From positions 1 to 33,046 of the forward strand of contig JBKHIT010000058.1 in the NCBI GenBank assembly GCA_046538485.1: 33,046 nucleotides of DNA, in the 5' to 3' direction. Shown piece by piece: positions 28,675 through 33,046 of the stretch. Below the pieces are notes generated by a model. That model was not told the DNA's origin, searched no databases, and was given only the letters and a program-made list of their open reading frames with translations. A program made the position numbers and the translations under genes. Every line of letters starts with the position of its first letter. Position 1 is the first letter of the stretch. This stretch comes from Candidatus Brocadiia bacterium (GTDB lineage: Bacteria > Planctomycetota > Brocadiia > SM23-32).

Positions 28675-29724
28675 ATGAAAGATCTCAGTGAAGAGGAACA
28701 TTTTGAGACGATAGACCGTCCGATTTACGAAGACGAACTCGCACCGTATCTTCCGGAGCGGATCTTCGATTCCCACGTCCATCTGCTTCGGCGGTCGGAT
28801 TATCGATCTGGAGTTAATCCGGACGAGCTGCCGACGACGGCACCGGCGCCGATGACGGAAGATTTTACGCCGCGGGAGCTGGACGAGACGATGCGGCGGT
28901 TGTTCCCGGAGCAGCAGTGGGAAGCGATGGTCTTCCACCATCCCAACTCCCACATTGACCTGGAGAAGGGCAACCGATGGATCGCGGAATTGGGAAGAGA
29001 GCATTCGAACCTCCATCCGCTATTCATCCCCACGCCAGATATCCCGGCTGATACGCTGAAAGAAGAGGTCAAATCCGGGGAATTTATTGGATTGAAACCG
29101 TATCTCTCGCTGGCTCCGGAACCCGAAACCGGAGAACGTCGAGTCCCGGATTTCTTTCCCAAAGAACAGATGGAAGTTGCGTCCGAACTCGGACTGGCCG
29201 TCGTGCTTCATGTGCCTCGCAGAGGCCGAATTGCCGACCCTGCCAATATCGGAGATGTGGTGAATCTTTGTGAAAATCACCCCGGTGCGCGGGTCATTCT
29301 GGCCCACGTGGGGCGATCATACGGGCCGTATTTCATCGAAAAGGCGATTCCAAGTTTCCGTCATCTGGAGAATCTATACTATGACGTCGCCGCGCTCGAT
29401 GATACGGAAAGCGTCGAAGTGCTGTTGGCGAAAATCCCGCATGAGCATGTGCTTTTCGCCAGCGATCTGCCGGTGACGCTTCTGCGAGGGCGGCACCTGT
29501 GCGTGAATCGTCACTGCTTCTTCCTCACCGAAGAGCCGTGTCCCAACTCGATCACCCCACCTCCGGATGCGGAGTTTGCGATGACGTTCATGATCTATGA
29601 GACGGTCCGGGCGGTTCTGCGAGCGTGCCGGAAACAGGACTTGTCTGATGAAGCGAGGGACGACATTTTCTACAACAATGCGGCGTCGCTGGTCGGAGAA
29701 ATTAAGGAGGGTCTGGAGAGATGA
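28675..29724 (+). CDS. Amidohydrolase family protein (Amidohydro_2-like)
   Basis: IFDSHVH, GLKPY, VLHVP, ILAHVGR, LFASDLP, IFYNNA motifs. Start 28675 (GGAG RBS) or 28660. Confidence 0.88.
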   Translation: MKDLSEEEHFETIDRPIYEDELAPYLPERIFDSHVHLLRRSDYRSGVNPDELPTTAPAPMTEDFTPRELDETMRRLFPEQQWEAMVFHHPNSHIDLEKGNRWIAELGREHSNLHPLFIPTPDIPADTLKEEVKSGEFIGLKPYLSLAPEPETGERRVPDFFPKEQMEVASELGLAVVLHVPRRGRIADPANIGDVVNLCENHPGARVILAHVGRSYGPYFIEKAIPSFRHLENLYYDVAALDDTESVEVLLAKIPHEHVLFASDLPVTLLRGRHLCVNRHCFFLTEEPCPNSITPPPDAEFAMTFMIYETVRAVLRACRKQDLSDEARDDIFYNNAASLVGEIKEGLER

Positions 29725-31124
29725 ATGAAGATCGGAAGAAACCGGCTGTCGCAATCCTGCCCTTGTATCTAGGGCTTTATGACGAAGTGGTTCCCGAAAA
29801 ACGTTCCGGGCGGGAGGCGTTTGCCGGGAAAGTCGCGCAGCAGCTCTCGGAGGCCGGACTGAAGGTTGAGCTGGGTCATGTCTGCTGCGTGCGCGATGAG
29901 GTCGAGAAAGAGCTGAAACGCCTGCTTGAGACCGGCCCCGACATGCTGGCGACGCTTCATCTTGCGTATTCGCCCTCGCTGGAGTCCGCAGAGCTGCTCG
30001 CGGAATGTGAAATACCCCTCGTGTTTCTCGATACGACAGAAGCCCCTTCGTTCGGGGAAGATGCGACGCAGGACCGGATGTTCGAGAATCACGGGATCCA
30101 CGGGGTTCAGGACCTCGCGAGCGTTCTGCGGAGCATGGACCGTGACTATTTCATCGTCGCCGGCCATTGGCGGGATCCAGCTTGGGTTGAGGATGTGTGC
30201 ACGCTGGCCCGTGCCGCCAGAGCCGCAGGCGCTGTTCGGAACGGGAGGACGGTTTTGATCGGTGAACCATTCGAAGGAATGGGTGACTTTGCGGTCCAAT
30301 TTGAGCGGCTGAACGCAGAATTGGGTCCTGTTGTGGAACAGGTCGACGTGGAAATGCTGGGGGAACTTGTGGGAAGTGTGGCTGACGAGAATGTGGAAGC
30401 GGAGATCGAAAAAGACCGGACGGAATTTGATGCGAAGGGAGTGTCAGACGAAGTGCTGCGTTGCACTGACACGATTGGCCTGGCGTTGCGGCGTCTGGTG
30501 GAGGAACGCGGGGGCGGGGCGTTTACCATGAATTTCGGATGTTTCGAGCGTGAGCTGGGTGTGCCAACAGTGCCGTTTCTTGAAGCGTCGAAGGCGATGG
30601 CCCGAGGTCTCGGGTATGCGGGGGAAGGCGATGTTTTGACCGCCTCGTTCGTGCGCGGATTGATGGCGGGTTTCGGGGACACGACATTCACGGAGATGTT
30701 TTGTCCTGACTGGGAAGCCGACGCCATTTTCATGAGTCATATGGGGGAATGCAACCCCGGCATGGCGTCGCAGAAACCGGTGTTGGTTGAGAAAGAATAC
30801 AATTTCAGCGACGTGTCGAACCCGGCGGTTGCTGTGTTTTCCGTGCGGCCGGGTTATGCGACCCTGGTGAACATTGCGAAGACATCGGAGGGGGGATTTT
30901 CAGTGATCTGCGCGCCGGTGGAAGTGCTCGATCGGGGACCGGTGGCCGGTTTCCCCGATGTCCCTCATTTCTGGATTCGGCCTGAGAATGGTGATATCGG
31001 CCAATTTCTAAGCGAATACAGTCGCTATGGTGGCACGCATCATCTTGGACTTGTTCTGGAGGATCATCGAGCCGGTGTGGAAGCGATGGCCAGGATGCTG
31101 GAGCTGGAGTGGTATTTAGTTTGA
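29721..31124 (+). CDS. L-arabinose/L-fucose isomerase family protein
   Basis: GMGDF, GLGYAGEGDVLTA, FTEM, SHMGE, GGTHH resemble AraA metal-binding motifs. ATGA overlap with the upstream gene. Confidence 0.85.
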   Translation: MNEDRKKPAVAILPLYLGLYDEVVPEKRSGREAFAGKVAQQLSEAGLKVELGHVCCVRDEVEKELKRLLETGPDMLATLHLAYSPSLESAELLAECEIPLVFLDTTEAPSFGEDATQDRMFENHGIHGVQDLASVLRSMDRDYFIVAGHWRDPAWVEDVCTLARAARAAGAVRNGRTVLIGEPFEGMGDFAVQFERLNAELGPVVEQVDVEMLGELVGSVADENVEAEIEKDRTEFDAKGVSDEVLRCTDTIGLALRRLVEERGGGAFTMNFGCFERELGVPTVPFLEASKAMARGLGYAGEGDVLTASFVRGLMAGFGDTTFTEMFCPDWEADAIFMSHMGECNPGMASQKPVLVEKEYNFSDVSNPAVAVFSVRPGYATLVNIAKTSEGGFSVICAPVEVLDRGPVAGFPDVPHFWIRPENGDIGQFLSEYSRYGGTHHLGLVLEDHRAGVEAMARMLELEWYLV

Positions 31125-31360
31125 AATCCTGGGTGGTAGCCTTTCAAACTGATTTTTGGCTATTCGGGGACGGGGACGTGGGGGTTCAGACTGCAACCAG
31201 AATTGTCGCTTTGATCCGGCCATCTGCGGATTCTGCACGTTTCAAACCCGTACTTCGTTCCCCGGTGGTCGCTGAATAATTTCTGCGGCCCCGCCATATG
31301 TTTTCCAGGGGACTTACGCTGTTGCTCCTACGACCGAATTCTCAGACAGAGTGCGGTGTT

Positions 31361-31573
31361 CGCCCGCCTCAAATGCGCCCGAGGCGGATACGTTGAGTCT
31401 CCAAAACCTGCGAGCGGACTGGACTTCAGCCGGAGTCTGGAGTTCAGAACGCGGTCGAATTTGTTGGAACTTTCAAGCGTGTTTGCATTTCCCGGCGGTT
31501 GCCCGCCTCAAGTCCAGTTTCGCTCGCTGAGTAGCGCACTCAGCTGAACTCGAGTCTCAATACCCGCGAGCGG
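31361..31573 (-). repeat. Composite of repeat families B (31501-31573) and A (31411-31454) plus flanking hairpin
   Basis: Reverse complement matches 13639-13712 and 11509-11597. Confidence 0.85.
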
Positions 31574-31665
31574 GAAATACCCCCCCTCGCGATGGGGATC
31601 CTTATGTCTCAACCTGCCTGCGCGCCTCCCAGCACCACGCCTGGAGGGACAGCACCAATTCCTTT

Positions 31666-31694
31666 TTGAAAAGTGCAATTTTTGCATGTAGAAT
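31666..31694 (+). promoter_or_regulatory. Candidate sigma70 promoter of the prepilin-like gene
   Basis: TTGAAA-N17-TAGAAT, followed by GAGGAG RBS and ATG 31736. Confidence 0.5.
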
Positions 31695-31735
31695 AACTTT
31701 TGATAGTGATAAGTTATTGATCAGAGGAGTTATCG

Positions 31736-32752
31736 ATGGGAATAGGTTGTCGTTTTTTGGAAGATTACGTTGTAAGGGAGCGCACGCAATTTGGGGATAG
31801 GGCAAAAAAGGGGTGTAACAGTTCTAAAAACGCTGGATTTGGGGCCGGGGCTGCATGTACGGCATTTACTCTGATTGAGTTGCTGGTTGTCATTGCGATT
31901 ATTGCAATACTGGCGGCAATGTTGATGCCGGCATTGGAGCGAGCGCGGGATAGTGCGCGTGAGGTTGTTTGCATGAGCAATCAGAAGCAGCTTCATCTTG
32001 CCGCTGCAACCTTTGAAAGTTCACTGGGGGTGCCTCCTGCCTCTTTATTTCACGTGCCCCATCCCGAAGGGCCACAAGGTGGTGATACGATAGGGTTTTT
32101 CGGCCGTTATTTACTTCAGTCGTGGCATGGGATGATAAATCGTGGATATCTCCCGGAGAGTATGCGGGTGTCAACGAACGATCGGAACGAGTTACGCCGC
32201 CATGCGTCAAATTCGTTGCTTGCCTGTCCTGATGGATATGTGCCTGGTCCGGGGGAAGGGAATCACGTGACGAATTATCCGGATGGGAGCTCCAAGCAGC
32301 AACGGCTAATGCCGATATACGGGAACCTGGTGCAAAGTGGAGGGCTGCATGGGGAATGTATGGCTCCGAGGACAAGTAGTTCGGCGGCGGGCACAGGGGA
32401 TTATTATGCCACCGGATATTTTATTACATTTCGCTCGGGGTACTCTGTTTGGGATTATTATTATGACCGTCCCTGGAGGCAGCGAGTGTGGCCAAACGCC
32501 ACAATTGGCTTCAAGAGACCAGCAGAGATCGGATTCATATTCGGCTATAACTTCCATAACGTCGAGCCCAATCATACCAATGAACTATTCATGCCCGGCA
32601 ATAATTCCTGGGCTCTCAGCGGGTGTATTTATGCGCCCCCCGGACGGCACGATAACCGGCGCTCCGTCAATATGATTTACTATGACGGGCACAGTGGTAA
32701 AATCCGATACGAGGACGTTCAGAAGAACGGCTTGCCGTATCGGTGGAAATGA
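31736..32752 (+). CDS. Prepilin-type N-terminal cleavage/methylation domain protein with C-terminal H-X9-DG-type motif (DUF1559-like)
   Basis: [33 protein letters not shown]...CMSNQKQL and [16 protein letters not shown]. Confidence 0.92.
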   Translation: MGIGCRFLEDYVVRERTQFGDRAKKGCNSSKNAGFGAGAACTAFTLIELLVVIAIIAILAAMLMPALERARDSAREVVCMSNQKQLHLAAATFESSLGVPPASLFHVPHPEGPQGGDTIGFFGRYLLQSWHGMINRGYLPESMRVSTNDRNELRRHASNSLLACPDGYVPGPGEGNHVTNYPDGSSKQQRLMPIYGNLVQSGGLHGECMAPRTSSSAAGTGDYYATGYFITFRSGYSVWDYYYDRPWRQRVWPNATIGFKRPAEIGFIFGYNFHNVEPNHTNELFMPGNNSWALSGCIYAPPGRHDNRRSVNMIYYDGHSGKIRYEDVQKNGLPYRWK

Positions 32753-32964
32753 GTTGTTATTTCCCGCATCCTCCTGGCAAGGGAGAAATACGGGGCTCTC
32801 CCGTGCCCGTTCCTGAAATCGTACCAGATATCCAGTTTTTGCTGGAGCTCTGTTCACGCCACAGGAGTTACACCAGCAGCAATCTTATCTATGCGGATGG
32901 CCACCTGGGAACGATGGGGGATGAATACGACAGAGTGGGAGACTTCCCATTTCGTTTTCGGTGA
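32749..32964 (+). other. Small ORF (71 aa) or gene remnant encoding an isolated H-X9-DG-type C-terminal module
   Basis: Ends in RHRSYTSSNLIYADGHLGTMGDEYDRVGDFPFRFR*. Its ATG overlaps the upstream stop (ATGA). Confidence 0.6.
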
Positions 32965-33046
32965 TCTGGAGGGGCAGGGTTATCAGGCAATACAGCGACA
33001 GGGACTTAACAGCATCCTTTGGTGTCGGTGGGCGTCAATAAAGGAG

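Noticed and set aside
32645..32964. Diversity-generating retroelement VR/TR pair
   Set aside because: Nucleotide similarity is low, differences are not confined to adenines, and no reverse transcriptase is present in the window.

Overview
Bacterial chromosomal window, probably from a PVC-superphylum organism such as Planctomycetota. That placement is inferred from the prepilin/H-X9-DG gene and the sulfatase, ceramidase-like and sugar-catabolism content. The left end holds the start of a dcw cluster on the minus strand (mraZ-rsmH-ftsL-ftsI, with ftsI cut by the window edge), behind a TTGACA-N16-TAGAAT promoter. The genes that follow are ruvX, a RbsD/FucU mutarotase, a degenerate GGDEF membrane protein, two ceramidase-like amidases flanking a DegT aminotransferase, an Mth938-like gene, purC, a ~1400-aa GH66-like/GATase1-like/HEAT fusion, a ferritin-like gene, a sialate O-acetylesterase, a DHS-like gene with a sulfatase, a Gfo/Idh/MocA oxidoreductase, an FGGY kinase-amidohydrolase-AraA-like cluster and a prepilin-type H-X9-DG gene. 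The intergenic regions are mosaics of several palindromic repeat families. The most unusual observations are (1) a small coupled ORF after the prepilin gene that repeats only its C-terminal H-X9-DG module and (2) an unexplained, ungapped 198-bp dispersed repeat. No rRNA, tRNA, CRISPR array or transposase was recognised. All calls come from reading the sequence; no database search was run.
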